Positions 1-13,150 are shown, numbered from the stretch's first letter. The stretch: DNA of 64,000 bases from Octopus vulgaris (GCA_951406725.2 OX597815.1:192572001-192636000), one strand, 5' to 3'. Translations and numbers: made by a program. Notes: generated by a model not told the origin, from the letters alone.

Positions 1-604
1 GTCACTCATCTATTTTTCCTACTCAGCTATAGAAGTTACACTGCTAGAAATTTGTTGTAAGACCTAAGGAAATTCTGAGAACAGGTCATTATATAATGAG
101 AAGTCGGGAAAGAATTTGCGTTATGAGATGTAAGTGAATCATCCTCCAAACAAACTCACTTATAGAAAGCAAGAAAAATCTCTTCAACTGTGAGTATAAA
201 GTTTGTTTTAATTTTTATCCTGTCCATTAGAGTTATTTTTGGATAAACTAAATGTCTTAGTAATATGATTAGAATTTTTTAATGAGAGAATAACTACGTT
301 TTCTTTTTTTAACAGAAAATTTACTCTAACATCATAAATCTAACCTCATTTGATAGCTTTCAAGAGTTAAACTCAAATGTTGATAATAGCAAGATATTTA
401 ATGAGAGCAAATAAAAATTAATGGGATAATCATAGTGATATAACGATCAAAATTTGATTTGTAAAGTCAAAGTTGTTAAATCGATTTAGTATCTCACCAA
501 CCCACCAACTCAGTCATATGAATACTAAAACAATCCGACTTAGCTTCAATTACTGAGCATTGAGATAAGATTTCAAGTTTATAGAGCTGTCTAAGCGTGT
601 GGAT

Positions 605-1164
605 CAGGGGCTCTAAACCACTTATTATCTATGGACCCCTTTAATTATTATTTTATTCTGGTGGACCCCCATAACCATTTGATGTCTAAAAACTAGTTTT
701 ATAGACCTTTCTTTCAGAATTCTTTTTTTTTTCTTACGCATTCACTGGTATAAATTGAACTGTGTAAAATGTTACAGAAAAAAAACGAGCTATTTCTTGC
801 AATACACACCAATGCATATGTCGTGGATCTTGCATGCATGAAGTGGATTCGATCCACCATATCCAAATTTAAATTAACACTGCAACAGAACTTTACCCAC
901 GATGGAACAATGGTTTTTCTCTGACAGCAGTTTTATATTTTCCAGATGCCTTTAGCTAGGCCGAAATAATGTCTTCACCACTTAACTCTTTCTAACCTCT
1001 TTTACTTCACCAAAAGCTAGAATAGAGATAACAAGACCACCAACTAAATCTAATGTTCTCAATGATATGTGTATCCTTCTGAATAGTTATAAAAGCAAGA
1101 ACACCCAAGCAAAAGTCCAATTTATTATTTTGTGTGTAGCCCTCAGAGGTCATAGGGACCACTG
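605..1164. mobile_element. hAT-like non-autonomous element (MITE)
   Basis: Ends cagggg... and ...ggaccactg; degenerate 8-bp TSD gtgtggat (597-604) / atgtagat (1165-1172). Confidence 0.55.
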
Positions 1165-1612
1165 ATGTAGATGATCAAATCATTAGAATTCCGAACAACC
1201 GACCGATCGATCAATTGGTGATGGTTCGCATCATGTCACCATCGTCCTCGGCCTCCGTCTGTCTAAAGAGACAAAAGAAATGTCTCTTTTTTTTTTACTC
1301 CTACTCTTCTAGTTTTCCCCTCCTTCCACTTCCTTTCTTCTCCACTTCAGATTACTATGTTGGTTTCATTCAGAGTTCTAATACTTATTGCAATTACCAC
1401 AGGTAAAGACAGAGTCGTCGAGTAGAGATGATGCCCTCTGCCTTTGAGATTTTAGCGCCCTAAGCTGACTGCAATGGCTTTCAGCGTTTTGTTTTATTCT
1501 TGCCTTCACAAATCATCTCCAAAATAAACGGTTTGGTGTTATGTCTTCCTCTGACTGTATTTCAATATGAGCTTAACGGAATCCTTTTTGCACGCATCTC
1601 TACGTCTCAGGT

Positions 1613-1862
1613 CAGTAGCGTAACTAGCGGTGGTACTGGCCAAGAGGTGGTTCGAGAGGACAGTGCCAGGAGACGATGCCAGGGGGCGGTATCAGGGGAC
1701 GGTGCTAGGGGGCGGTGCCAGGATGCGATCCACCCCGACTAACCTTTTTATGCAGACAGCGCATTTAAGTCTGCTGTATAAGTCTCTATGGAGATGGGGG
1801 TCCGGTGTGGGTCACCAAATTTAAGAGCTTTCCCGGGCAGCACATGCTATAGCCACGCCCCA
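1613..1862. mobile_element. hAT-like MITE with internal GC-rich ~20-bp tandem repeats
   Basis: Starts cagtagcgtaactag and ends ctatagccacgccc; repeated gggrcggtgccagg-like units at ~1655-1725. Confidence 0.45.
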
Positions 1863-2337
1863 TTTCAGTATCTTTTCAAGATATCTCTATAATGAAATAA
1901 AATAGATTCATTAGATGTTCGATATACTGCAAATATCACAATTCTTGTAAAAATATGGTCCCATCTAGCTTTAGTTACAAGTGTGTGTGTGTGTGGTGTG
2001 TGTGTGTATATGTGTACGTGCTTGTAAATAGAATGTGCAGTTTTCGTTTTCTTTCATGCATTTTTTCCCGCTTCCTCTTTCTTTTTTCTCATTTTGTCTC
2101 TATTAAATACGCCCCTAGACCTGTAATCAGTTTCTTTATGTGTGTGTGTGTGTGTGTGTATGTGTGGTGTGTGTGCGTGCGTGCGTGTCTCTGCGTGTAC
2201 GTACGTAGCTATGTATGGATGTTTTTCTGCGTGCGTGTCAATGTGTAAGCATGTAGGTGTCTGTGTCTGTGTGTCCGAATGTGTGTGACACATACACTCA
2301 CACACATTTCATGTAAGCACATAATATGCTTAACAAA

Positions 2338-2568
2338 GGCGGCGATCTGGCAGAAACGTTAGCACGCCGGGCGAAATGCATAGCTGTATTTCGTCTGCCG
2401 TTACGTTCGGAGTTCAAATCCCGCCGAAGTCGACTTTGCCTTTCATCCTTTCGGGGTCGATTAAATAAGTACCAGTTACGCACTGGGGTCGATGTAATCG
2501 ACTTAATCCGTTTGTCTGTCCTTGTTTGTCTCCTCTGTGTTTAGCCCCTAGTGGGTAGTAAAGAAATA
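2338..2568 (+). mobile_element. tRNA-derived SINE family A (MetaSINE-like central domain), young copy
   Basis: Head ggcggcgatctggcagaaacgttagc...gagttcaaat; core gactttgcctttcatcctttcggggtcg; TSD aatatgcttaacaaa on both sides. Confidence 0.9.
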
Positions 2569-2583
2569 AATATGCTTAACAAA

Positions 2584-2902
2584 GGCGCATGGCTTAGTGG
2601 TTAGGGTATTCTGCTCGCTATCGTAAGGTTATAAGTTCGAAAACCGGTGGTGCGTTGTATCCTTAAACAAGACACTTTATTTCACATTATTTCATCTCAA
2701 TCAGCTGGCAGAAACGAGCATGCCTGTAATTCAAAGAGCCAGCCTTGTCACATCCTGCATCACACTGAATCTCCCTAAGAACTTCATTAAGGGTACATGT
2801 GTGTCTGTGGAGTCCTCAGCCACATGCACGTTAATTTCCCGAGCAGACTGTTCCGTTGATCGGATCAATTAGAACCCACGTCGTCGTAACCGACGGAGTG
2901 CC
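2584..2902 (+). mobile_element. tRNA-derived SINE family E (CORE-like) with tail type a
   Basis: Head ggcgcatggcttagtggttag, CORE-like ccttaaacaagacacttt, tail ending cgtcgtaaccgacggagtgcc. Related copies at ~22945-23273(-), 33295-33768(-), 45370-45685(-). Confidence 0.8.
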
Positions 2903-3429
2903 AGAATGCCTAAGCCTCTGCAAAGGTACATCTACATCTTATCAATTCAAGAAAGAAATAGTAGCTGAGTTGCCCTCAAAACTCAACCTTCTCTTTTAAC
3001 GACATGAACAAACAGCGTCGCCATATAGCCTCAAATTAAACCTTAATCCTTTATCTTCAAATAAATAAGTGATCTTCCTTGGACATTTACAGGATGGTAG
3101 ATAGCCATCTCAGAATTAGCAACCAAATCTCTCTCGGCGTACATCATCCTTGTATGTAGGTATGTTCCCATACATACACACATTCAAATATATACATCAA
3201 AATATATATACATATATATAATACACTTACAGTCATACATACATATAAATATATATATATTATATATTATATATAAGTATATAGATTTGTATGTATATAA
3301 ATATACATGTACATATATATATATGTGTGTATATATACGTATATACACAATACACGCACAGACATATGAGCCAAATATATGCATATTACTCTTTTACCTG
3401 CAAGGTATGGTAATAATATTTTCTTTGAT

Positions 3430-3830
3430 ATTTCCGTGGTATACGTGGTAGAGGGGATGTCAGAGTACCTCAGCGTGCAGACAAACTTTCAGAAGCACGT
3501 GGGCATATCAGAAGGTCCTTTCAGATTCAAATTTAACAACCAGCCAACTGCCCTCCTTTAATATCCACGAGAGACGTAGCGTTGCAATCCTGGCTAGGCA
3601 TGTATGCTTTTGAAGGAAAGGCGTCATCGACCAGAACATCAAATGGAGAGTGATGAAGAAACGGAAGCCTTATTTAGATAGTAGCAAAGTGTGCAAGCTA
3701 TGCCTATCCGAGAAAATATGTACTTATATTACCCCCCCCCCCCACACACACACACACCCCAGGCACCTATTTAAACTGCAAGAGCGAGATTTTCCGCTGG
3801 CGTCCACATGAAATGAAGTATGCGATCGGC
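3430..3830 (+). pseudogene. Degenerate Penelope-like retroelement GIY-YIG endonuclease C-terminus
   Basis: Frameshifted translation VVY...HVGISEGPFRFKFNN..SF...LARHV...IKWRVMKK..PY...KVCKLCLSEK...LNCKSEIF...H matches the Penelope endonuclease pattern (YIG.TE..FK.R..NH..SF; C.LCL.EK; LN..SE). Confidence 0.8.
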
Positions 3831-4574
3831 TGCCAGCGGACTCCACCATGGTCATAAAAGGTTGTACTATTTTGTCCGCTAGAACCATGAGGCGGACTGA
3901 CAAGCCTTTTAGATATTTCTTTGCTCGGAGGAGGAAGAAAGATTTCCTGATTTAGGCAGGGCTTTTCATCAAACTCATTTCTTTTACTATTTAGTGATTC
4001 TGATTCTGTTTATATTGTGTTTCTAATAAAACTTTTGTTATAAAGTGTACGGTAGTGTTACTCTAACCGTATGAACTTGTAACCAAGCAATTTCAAGACA
4101 GGAAACTTGTGGGTTCCAATCCGAAACATACTCTTCACTGTGGCTGCAACGATACATTCGCAGAGAAAAACCTATTGTATAAGGCAATAAAAATAACACA
4201 AAAATATGATTACGCAACATATAGTCACGCGGATTTCAATGGACTATCGCTACAAACATGAATAGTTTTATAAAATTTTGTTGCTATTAAAACTTTTAAG
4301 CATCTTTTTCTGATATTTCTTATAATGAAACAAAATAGGTTCTTCGTTAGATTCTCGATATATCGCATATATTTCACTACTGTCGAAAACATATGACCAC
4401 ATTCAACTGGTTACGAATATGCGTATGCATTTAAACGTGTGTGTGTGTGTGGTGAGTATTTCTCGGTCTCCTTCACACGTTCTCTCTCTCACTTTGTCTT
4501 TCTCATTTTGTCTATCACTCACATCCCAGGCACACATCGTTTCTTTATATTAATGCTTATGTAAGTATGGGTGT

Positions 4575-4642
<68 letters not shown>

Positions 4643-4991
4643 GTGTGTGCGTATTTGTGTGTATGTTAGTGTCTGCGTGTGTGTGTGTAACATATATATA
4701 CACACACAAATCTTATGTGTCTACATACAATATCTAAGGACCTGTGAGGAAACAGCTACATTTTACCAAGACATGATTGGAATAGTACCTCAATCTCCCT
4801 CAGATCTCAACCTAGTTGCGTGGCCAAAAGAGAAGAGAGTGGGTGATTCTACCGTTGGTGGCGCTGCTGCGAAGAGGAACTTTGGGTTATATTACCTTTT
4901 ACGATCGGGGAGTGGGGTCGGAAAATTCAAGAGCTACCTTGGGCGTTACGCACACTAGTTATATCACTGTTTCAGTTATATATATATATAT

Positions 4992-5607
4992 AAATATTAA
5001 AATTACTAAGTCTCTCTAAAGGAGATTACGGCAGCGTTACTGGATATTAATAGTTATCGCCAACTAATATGGCAGTCCATAAACATAAGACTAAAGCTGT
5101 CGCTGATTAGCTCCAAGAGGCCATCGCCTCTAGCTAGCTATATGACACACGAACCTTATATAGCTAGCTAGAGGCGATGGCCTCTTGGAGCTAATCAGCG
5201 ACAACTTTAGTCTTATGTTTATGGAATGCCATATTAGTTTGGCGATAACTATTAATATCCAGTAACGCTGCCGTAATCTCCTTTAGAGAGACTTAGTAAT
5301 TTTAATATTTCTATTATTGAAAACAACTGGATGTATTCCACTGAAACTAGGTAAATAAAATCTTCGAACAGACGGTCGGTAGCGACACCTGCTGGGTCTG
5401 ACTACGCTGCATTGATAAAGGGCAACAACCTTGAAACATGTCTGCAGATGTCTAACCAGCAAGGTGAAGCGGCTGACCTCCCCTGTGCGAAGGTTGTAAT
5501 GGACGCAGGTTCGTGTGTCATATAGCTAGCTAGAGGCGATGGCCTCTTGGAGCTAATCAGCGACAGCTTTAGTCTTATGTTTATGGACTGCCATATTAGT
5601 TTGGCGA

Positions 5608-5612
<5 letters not shown>
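4992..5612 (+). mobile_element. Non-autonomous Penelope-like element in (TA)n: inverted 5' segment plus partial tandem pseudo-LTR
   Basis: 4992-5155 is the reverse complement of 5158-5310 and 5507-5520; 5520-5612 directly repeats 5158-5250; contains a hammerhead-like motif; (TA)n on both sides. Confidence 0.75.
5407..5447 (+). ncRNA. Minimal type I hammerhead ribozyme-like motif (degenerate core)
   Basis: ctgca-ttgataa-aggg(caacaa)cctt-gaaacatgtc-tgcag: stem I, stem II and palindromic stem III acatgt. Core deviates from CUGANGA. Confidence 0.6.
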
Positions 5613-5657
<45 letters not shown>

Positions 5658-5912
5658 GAAGGAATATTATTCCTAACTTACAGGGAAAAATTCAATTTAG
5701 AAATACTAAATCAAATTTCACAAAATATAATAGATATATATATATATATAAGAATTTGAAAAAAAACCACCTTTTATCAATTCAAAATGAACAATTAAAT
5801 TACACCATCTAGAAAATTACATATAATAGAAATATAAAATAACAATAATATACCGATGATTAAGTAATATGCAAAATAATAAATAAAACGTATATATTTG
5901 GTAGAATTTAGT

Positions 5913-5991
<79 letters not shown>

Positions 5992-6120
5992 ACTAAATTT
6001 GAGCTAGCCTTGGAATTGTGATTTACGTCCATACAATACACATAAACAGGCCATTGTAGGCAACACTCACTTAGCACTGCTGATATGGTCTTGGATTCTG
6101 TCTTACCAAGGACCACAAAG

Positions 6121-6639
6121 TTGATGACCAGTCACCAGTGATGTGTTATATCCCAGATTAGGACGCTTAACTCTCAAATAATTCAGTTTACATTGCTGTG
6201 AATATATACGGTAAAAACAATGTGTCATGCAGTAAGACATCAGATATCAGTTGATGACCAGTCACCAGCGATGTGTTATATCCCAGATAAGGATGCTTAA
6301 CTCTCAAATAATCCAGTCTACATTGCTGTGAATATATACGGTAAAAACAATGTGTCATGCAGTAAGACATCAGATATCAGTTGATGACCAGTCACCAGCG
6401 ATGTGTTATATCCCAGATAAGGATGCTTAACTCTCAAATAATCCAGTCTACATTGCTGTGAATATATACGGTAAAAACAATGTGTCATGCAGTAAGACAT
6501 CAGATATCAGTTGATGACCAGTCACCAGCGATGTGTTATATCCCAGATAAGGATGCTTAACTCTCAAATAATCCAGTCTACATTGCTGTGAATATATACG
6601 GTAAAAACAACGTGTCATGCAGTAAGACATCAGATATCA
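6121..6639. repeat. 130-bp tandem repeat, 4 copies
   Basis: Units start ttgatgaccagtcacc at 6121, 6251, 6381, 6511; copies 2-4 near-identical, copy 1 more divergent. Confidence 0.97.
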
Positions 6640-7120
6640 ATAATGTAAATTTCACGAGTATTTTTGCTTTTTAATTTTACCTCAACTCCTCATATTGGAA
6701 TAGCTTAGAAAGAATTGGACTCTGCTAAGCTAGCTAGCCCCAGCAAAATCTTCTGTGATATTCCTTCGTCATATTAACAAGTGTGCCCATTAGGAAATTC
6801 ATTTTGTATATAGTGGTGATTGATAAATGATTAAACGTAGAAATTGTGGACAGTTTATTTAATACTGTTCGTCAACCAAGGACGATTAGATTTCAGAAAC
6901 ACCAAACTTTGCGACAGCCTGTATATTAAATGGCCGCTGTTTTTATATTGATCAAATGCAGTTCAGTTCATCCAGTGATCTTGAACCTATTGGGCATCAA
7001 TAATGACTGTTAAAAGTAGCAAAATGAGTTTGTGGTGAGCTAAGCAGCGGGCGGCCACAAACTGAAATTTGGTGCTTGTTATATTGAATATTGTGGAGGC
7101 TTCAAGAAAGATGCATTACG

Positions 7121-7210
7121 TGACGTTTGGCTGCTGATTGGTCCATGATGTCTGGTTGCTGATCGGCCCATGATGTCTGGCAGCTGATTGGCCTATAACT
7201 CGGCCGATCA
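7121..7210. repeat. ~25-bp minisatellite (gctgattggyccatgatgtctgg)
   Basis: 3-4 degenerate units visible. Confidence 0.7.
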
Positions 7211-7466
7211 CATGAAAAGCTGTTACTAAACTTTGATTTTAACATGGCAATTCGTCGATTCAGTTTTGAGTCTTGCTACAATGGTACTGGGCTACCAGCT
7301 AATATTGCTTGGTCTTAAGTTCAAATCCTATGCGCGTATTCCATTGTGAATTTTTTTTCCATAAGCTTAATTCTACATGCTTAGGTTTATCTTGAGTTAA
7401 ATTAAGGACCACAGCAATCGCTGCTCTATGACAAGTTTTCATAAACAGAAACATTTGAATCCGGAA

Positions 7467-7697
7467 GGCGGCGTGTTGGCAGAAACGTTAGTACGCCGGG
7501 CGAAATGCGTACCGTATTTCGTCTGCCGTTACGTTCTGAGTTCAAATTCTGCCGAGGTTGACTTTTCCTTTCATCCTTTCGGGGTCGATAAATTAAGTAC
7601 CAGTTACGCCCTGGGATCGATGTAATCGACTTAATCCGTTTGACTGTCCTTGTTTGTCCCCTCTATGTTTAGCCCCTTGTTGGCAATAAAGAAATAA
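7467..7697 (+). mobile_element. SINE family A
   Basis: Full head, core and tail; TSD catttgaatccgg on both sides. Confidence 0.9.
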
Positions 7698-8154
7698 GAA
7701 GCATTTGAATCCGGCACTGAATTCCAGTAAACTACTGCTCAACACCACACTGTTGCTTTTGCTCATAGTGATGAATTAGACCCCTTCACTACTGATGCAT
7801 GACTACTAACCTGTTTTTTTTTCCTTTTTCTGATTCTGGATCGCATCCCAGAACACATTTCCAAGGAGTAGCGTGCACTTTTCATAACAAATTTTCTTTA
7901 ATCTTTTCTGTCGTCTGAAATCGGTTATATTTGAGAGCAGATTTCAGTTTTGGCAACAGAAAAATTGTAATGTCCGTTCAGACCAAATCTAGAATGCAAG
8001 GCAGCGGTAGATGACTGTTATTTCGTACACAGCTAAAGAGTCATAAACAAGGAGTGTTGCCGGAACAGTCGAGAGATCGTGGCATCCTGATTTTGTTTGA
8101 CCATATTTCAAGCCTCTCTCGGATGACTCAATAAAACTGCGTAGAAACGTTATA

Positions 8155-8599
8155 GGCGGTGAGCTGGCAGAAACGTTAGCACGCTGGGCGAAATGCTTAG
8201 CTGTATTTCGTCTGTCTTAAAGTTGAGTTCAAATTCCGCCGAGGTCGATTTTGCCTTTCATCCTTTCGGGATCGATAAATTAAGTACCAATTACGCACTG
8301 GGGTCGATGAAATCGACTTAATCCCTTTGTCTGTCCTTGTTTGTCCCCTCTATGTTTAGCCCCTTGTGGGGAATAAAGAAATAAGAAACGTTAGCACGCC
8401 GGGCGAAATGCTTAGCGGTATTTCGTCTGCTGCTACGTTCTGAGTTCAAATTCCGCCGAGGTTGACTTTGCCTTTCATCATTTCGGGGTCGATTAAATAA
8501 GTACCAGTTACGCACTGGGGTCGATATAATTGACTTAATCCGTTTGTCTGTCCTTGTTTGTCCCCTCTGTGTGTAGCCCCTTGTGGGTAGTAAAGAAAT
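8155..8599 (+). mobile_element. Head-to-tail SINE family A dimer
   Basis: Two copies, the second lacking its first ~13 nt; tagaaacgtt flanks the whole dimer (8141-8150 and 8600-8609). Confidence 0.9.
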
Positions 8600-9069
8600 T
8601 AGAAACGTTTTGTTGAGACGTCTTACCCTGTGGAACTAACTCGTGGCGAATAATACTTTTCTAATAAAAATTACAGTCAAACATCGACTGCTTTCACACT
8701 TTCCAGAAAATTTTCATCAGCATTTGAACAATTAAAAGGCTTTTGACTGACGCGATCCGCATTTTATTCACAAATTTTTCAGCGAGACGATGCATTTTCA
8801 TTTTCATTTTTAAACTCATATGACACAAACTTTTACAAACGTTTGATTTTGGTCGTCAGGTAGCAATGTTTTACGGATTACAGTAGACATTTGATGACAG
8901 GCCGTCATCTGTCATCGTAGAAGATCGTCCAGATTTGGAAAAGTTTCCAGGAGATATTTTGCTCCATTTGGAACGCTGGTGCTATCCATGACATTGTGTA
9001 CCGCCCAAACAATCCTTCATATAAGCCTGCTGCAATGTATGGTAAACTTTCGAACAATTTCATAACTTA

Positions 9070-9371
9070 CTAGCAGAATCGCCCGGCGTTGCTCGGGTTT
9101 GTAAGGGAAATAACTATACCAGCATTTTAGAAAGTTACTTCCCTTATATAATAACAAAAAAATGCATTAAATATGGGAAAAAATGATGGGAAATTTCTTT
9201 TTAAATCGTAGACTCATCGTAGACGCGTGCTAATACCCAGAAGGGCTCGATATGAATCACGACTATAAGATACCCGGTTTTGGTTAAACTGCACCGCAAA
9301 ATGTGGGAGTAGTTAGGAATCTAAATCGTAGGAGACAGACACTCACACAACTTCACTTTTATATATGAAGA
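9070..9371 (-). mobile_element. Non-autonomous Helitron
   Basis: On the minus strand a|TC...CTAG|t ends, with subterminal hairpin cccgagcaacgccggg (9082-9097) just before the 3' CTAG; no TSD. Confidence 0.8.
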
Positions 9372-9875
9372 TAACAGAATTTCACGCAAATATTTTGCTC
9401 TTCAAAATCCCTCGTTGTTCGTCTTGCAATAAACCACCAAGTGCACAAACATTCACCCTGTAGCACATAGATCAACGATATATTGACATTACACGGTGTA
9501 ATTATTCGAACGAATTACGAGATGGCCTTCATATAACACAGCGGTCCCGAACAGGCTGCACCAGTTAGCTGGCGAACTATTTCAAAATTTTAATTTCTAT
9601 TCCGGTAGATTTACTTATTTTGCGTTTATTACCTCCAGAATTTTTCTGCAACGATGAAACTCTCAGCAGAGTCCTGTTAATGGAATATGAATAATTCACA
9701 ATTCCTCTAGGAGTTTAACATTGTACTGACTTTAAATACGTTTCCCAAAATCCGATGTTTTGGAATAGTTGAGAGAAAAAAAATAAGACGAGGTCAAGGT
9801 GCAGCTTTCTTATCAAACTTCAGGAAGTGTTCATTCAAAAGACAAGACACACCAACTCTATATATTTTAGTTAGT

Positions 9876-10257
9876 GGAGGCGCAATGGCCCAGTGGTTAG
9901 GGCAGCGGACTCGCGGTCGGAGGATCGCGGTTTCGATTCCCAGACCGGGCATTGTGAGTGTTTATTGAGCGAAAACACCTAAAAGCTCCACGAGGCTCCG
10001 GCAGGGGATGGTGGTGATCCCTGCTGTACTCTTTCACCACAACTTTCTCTCGCTCTTTCTTCTTGTTTCTCTTGTACCTGTATTTCAAAGGGCCAGCCTT
10101 GTCACATTCTGTGTGTCACGCTGAATATCCCCGAGAACTACGTTAAGGGTACACGTGTCTGTGGAGTGCTCAGCCACTTGCACGTTAATTTCACGAGCAG
10201 GCTGTTCCGTTGATTCGGATCAGCTGGGACCCTCATCGTCGCAATCGACGGAGTGCT
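9876..10257 (+). mobile_element. tRNA-derived SINE family C with tail a
   Basis: Head ggaggcgcaatggcccagtggttagggcagcggactcgcgg...gtttcgattccc with A/B boxes; tail shared with family E. Confidence 0.9.
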
Positions 10258-10574
10258 CCTACTATATATTTTAGTTTTCGAGCCTTATTTGGAAAAGACG
10301 TTGATGGCTTTCAAGTGGTTATCAAACATAGCTTCGCAAATTTCAAGTCTAAATCCACCACTAAATGTATGCTCGGAATGAGGAGTAGATAGACGGCATT
10401 GTCGGTGAATGCTCGAAATGAGGAGCAGATTGACTGCCGCCAACTGATGAAGGGTCCTTTCTCTGTGTTTACTTGTCCTGTTCTCCATCTTTTTTTCTCG
10501 TTTACGTATTTAATTCGTTTGTTTACGTATTACAAGCTATTTGCACAGTTGGTGGCGTCCTGTACCCACATATG

Positions 10575-10750
10575 GATGTGTGTGTGTGCATATATATGTG
10601 TGTGTGTGTGTGTGTATGTATATGTATATGTGTGTATATATATATACATATACATATGTATGTATATATATATATATGTATATATATATATAATGTATGT
10701 ATGTATATATATATGTATATATATATGTATATATATATATGTATATATAC

Positions 10751-10783
<33 letters not shown>

Positions 10784-10823
10784 TATATATACATATGTAA
10801 ATATGCGTATGTATGTATGTATG

Positions 10824-10861
<38 letters not shown>

Positions 10862-10892
10862 AATTGAACGCGACGCATCTATTTCCAAGTGT

Positions 10893-10973
<81 letters not shown>

Positions 10974-10978
10974 CATAT

Positions 10979-11049
<71 letters not shown>

Positions 11050-11050
11050 A
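10575..11050. repeat. Compound (TA)n/(TG)n microsatellite, representative of many (e.g. 21050-21580, 22719-22944, 37025-37237, 37805-38325, 42797-43525, 58200-58525)
   Basis: Direct inspection; source of the YIYIYI ORFs. Confidence 0.97.
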
Positions 11051-11602
11051 ACGCATGCACATACATATGTATGCGTGCATGTATGCATTGTGTACACGTA
11101 ATTGGAATTGAAGCTAAGTAAATGATATTCCTATTATATTAGAAAATTAACAAACACACAGAAACAAACTGAAATATCTTGTCGTCTATCCGGAGGCTCT
11201 ATTATTTAGCTCCTAATAATTAGTTATTGTTCGTAAAATTTGGTGAGCTATTCTGTTTCCTATCTGCTGTACCTTGTAATATTATGCATTTGCTATCTGT
11301 TGCACCTTGTAGCTTTTATGCAAATACGTTCTGCCCAGTGCAGTCTTGTTTGCATTATAAAAAGTAGCTCTTGGCAGCTTGGGAAGAATTTGTAATCAAT
11401 TCCTACTGAACCGATATGATGACGTAACCTTCGGTTTGATCCTTCTTCTTGGTTGACAGAGATGGAATATGCTTCCGTAACGCGACTAAATACACATGAA
11501 TATGATATCGAATGCATATTTATTCATAATTCATTCGGTTTCCGTACTATAAATAAAATGTATGCATGTATGTATGAATGAATGTGTGTGTGTGTGTGTG
11601 TG

Positions 11603-11809
11603 TACTTTCTTTTTACTTGTTTCAGTCATGTGACTGTGGCCATACTGGAGCACCGCCTTTTAGTTGATCAAATCGACCCCGGGACTTATTCTTTGTAAGC
11701 CTAGTACTTATTCTATCGGTCTCTTTTGCCGCTAAGTTACGGGAACGTAAACACACACCAGCATCGCTTGGCAACCGATGTTGGAGAGGGGTCAAACACA
11801 GACACACAG

Positions 11810-11902
<93 letters not shown>

Positions 11903-12425
11903 CGATGGCCTTCTTTCAGTTTCCATCTACCAAATCCACTCACAAGGCTTTGGTCGGCCCGATGCTATAGTAGAAGACACTTGCCCAAGGTGCCACGCAG
12001 TGGGACTGAACCCGGAACCATGTGGTCGGTAAGCAAGCTACTTACCACGTATATTCTTTTATTTTACTTGTTTCAGTTCATTTAACTGCGGCCAAGCTGG
12101 GGCACCACCTTGAAAAATTTAAGTCCAGGACTTACTTTACTCCTTTTTAAGCCTGGTACTTATTCTATCGGTCTTTTTTGCCGAACCGCTAAACTGCGTG
12201 GACGTAAACTCACTAACACCAGCTGTCAAGCGGTGTTAGAGGACAAACACAGACACAAAAACACCCGCACGTTGATATATACATATATACGTCTACCAAT
12301 CCACTCCCAAGGCTTTGGCCGGTTCGAGGCTATAAGTAGAAGACACTTGCCCAGAGTGCCATGCAGTGGGACTGAACCAGGAACCATATGGTGGGGAAGC
12401 AGCTTTCTTACCACACATCCACACC
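11603..12425 (-). mobile_element. Two adjacent CORE-type SINEs (family B, OR2-like) with internal (TA)n/(CA)n
   Basis: Minus-strand ggttccgggttcagtcccactgcgtggcaccttgggcaagtgtctt (CORE-like). Other copies at ~22320-22718, 26659-27530, 48715-49082, 51497-52210, 53520-53835, 62446-62757. Confidence 0.85.
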
Positions 12426-12559
12426 TACCCCAATATGTGCGTATGTGTGTGTGCATGTGTGTATATGTGTGTGTGTATGTGCATTGTGTGTGTGCGTGTG
12501 CGTACATGTGTATGCATGTGTGCATGTGTATGTGGGTGTTCAGCAGAGACATTTATTAA

Positions 12560-13150
12560 TTTCAAAGTACAAAACTCTAATCTCCTTCAAAGTAAGAGCC
12601 TCTAACTTCAATGCACTTATAGCGCTCCACCCATGGCAGCCCGCCCAAATGAAGGGGAGGCCTGCCATGATCCTCGTCACAGTCTCCATCTTCTCACTGT
12701 CTTCAAAACGACTGCCCCTGAGGTTCCCCTTCAGTTTGGCGAACAAACAATCACAGAGAGCAAGGTCTGGACCATAGGGAGGGTGAGGGGCGGTTTTAAT
12801 GCCCACCTCTGTCGATGGAATTGTGGACTGGGGCATTGTCCTCGTGCAGATGTCCCCAATCCGAGTGGAAGGGCTCTGGGCTTTTTCGATGAAATCTTTT
12901 CCTGAACTCCTTCAAAACCTCCTCAAAGTAACTCTTTGTTGATGGCCTGACCAAAGAGAACCCAGTGGATGCTCCTGCCGTCGAAAATGAAGATCACCAT
13001 GAACTTTAGGTGGACTTGCTTTGCATGGCCTGTTGTGCCCGGGAAAAACATGCTCAGCTCATAGAAGTTAACCCAGAAGCAGTTTGGAGCATTGCTTAAG
13101 TTTCAAAAGCGTTATTGCCCCCAGTTTTACGCAAAACCTTATTGCATAGC
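12560..13150 (-). pseudogene. Mariner (DD34D) transposase remnant
   Basis: GQAINKE..EVLKEFRKRF..KSPE, HEDNAPVH and APHPPYGPDLALCDCLFAKLKGNLRGSRF match the canonical HPPYSPDLAP motif; frameshifted. Confidence 0.85.

Larger units (their letters stand above)
7720..9560 (-). pseudogene. Possible very degenerate IS630-Tc1-mariner transposase relic interrupted by SINEs and a Helitron
   Basis: Scattered minus-strand peptides (EIVRKF, LPDDQ, KATVWC) in a plausible order; heavily disrupted. Confidence 0.25.

Noticed and set aside
6121-6639. CRISPR-like array or repeated 60-aa ORFs
   Set aside because: Whole 130-bp units are identical with no unique spacers; eukaryotic context, no cas genes, and the unit length shifts frame.
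9876-9950. tRNA gene (A/B boxes, Arg-like)
   Set aside because: Continues directly into a SINE body found in many copies, and the acceptor stem does not close; it is a SINE head.
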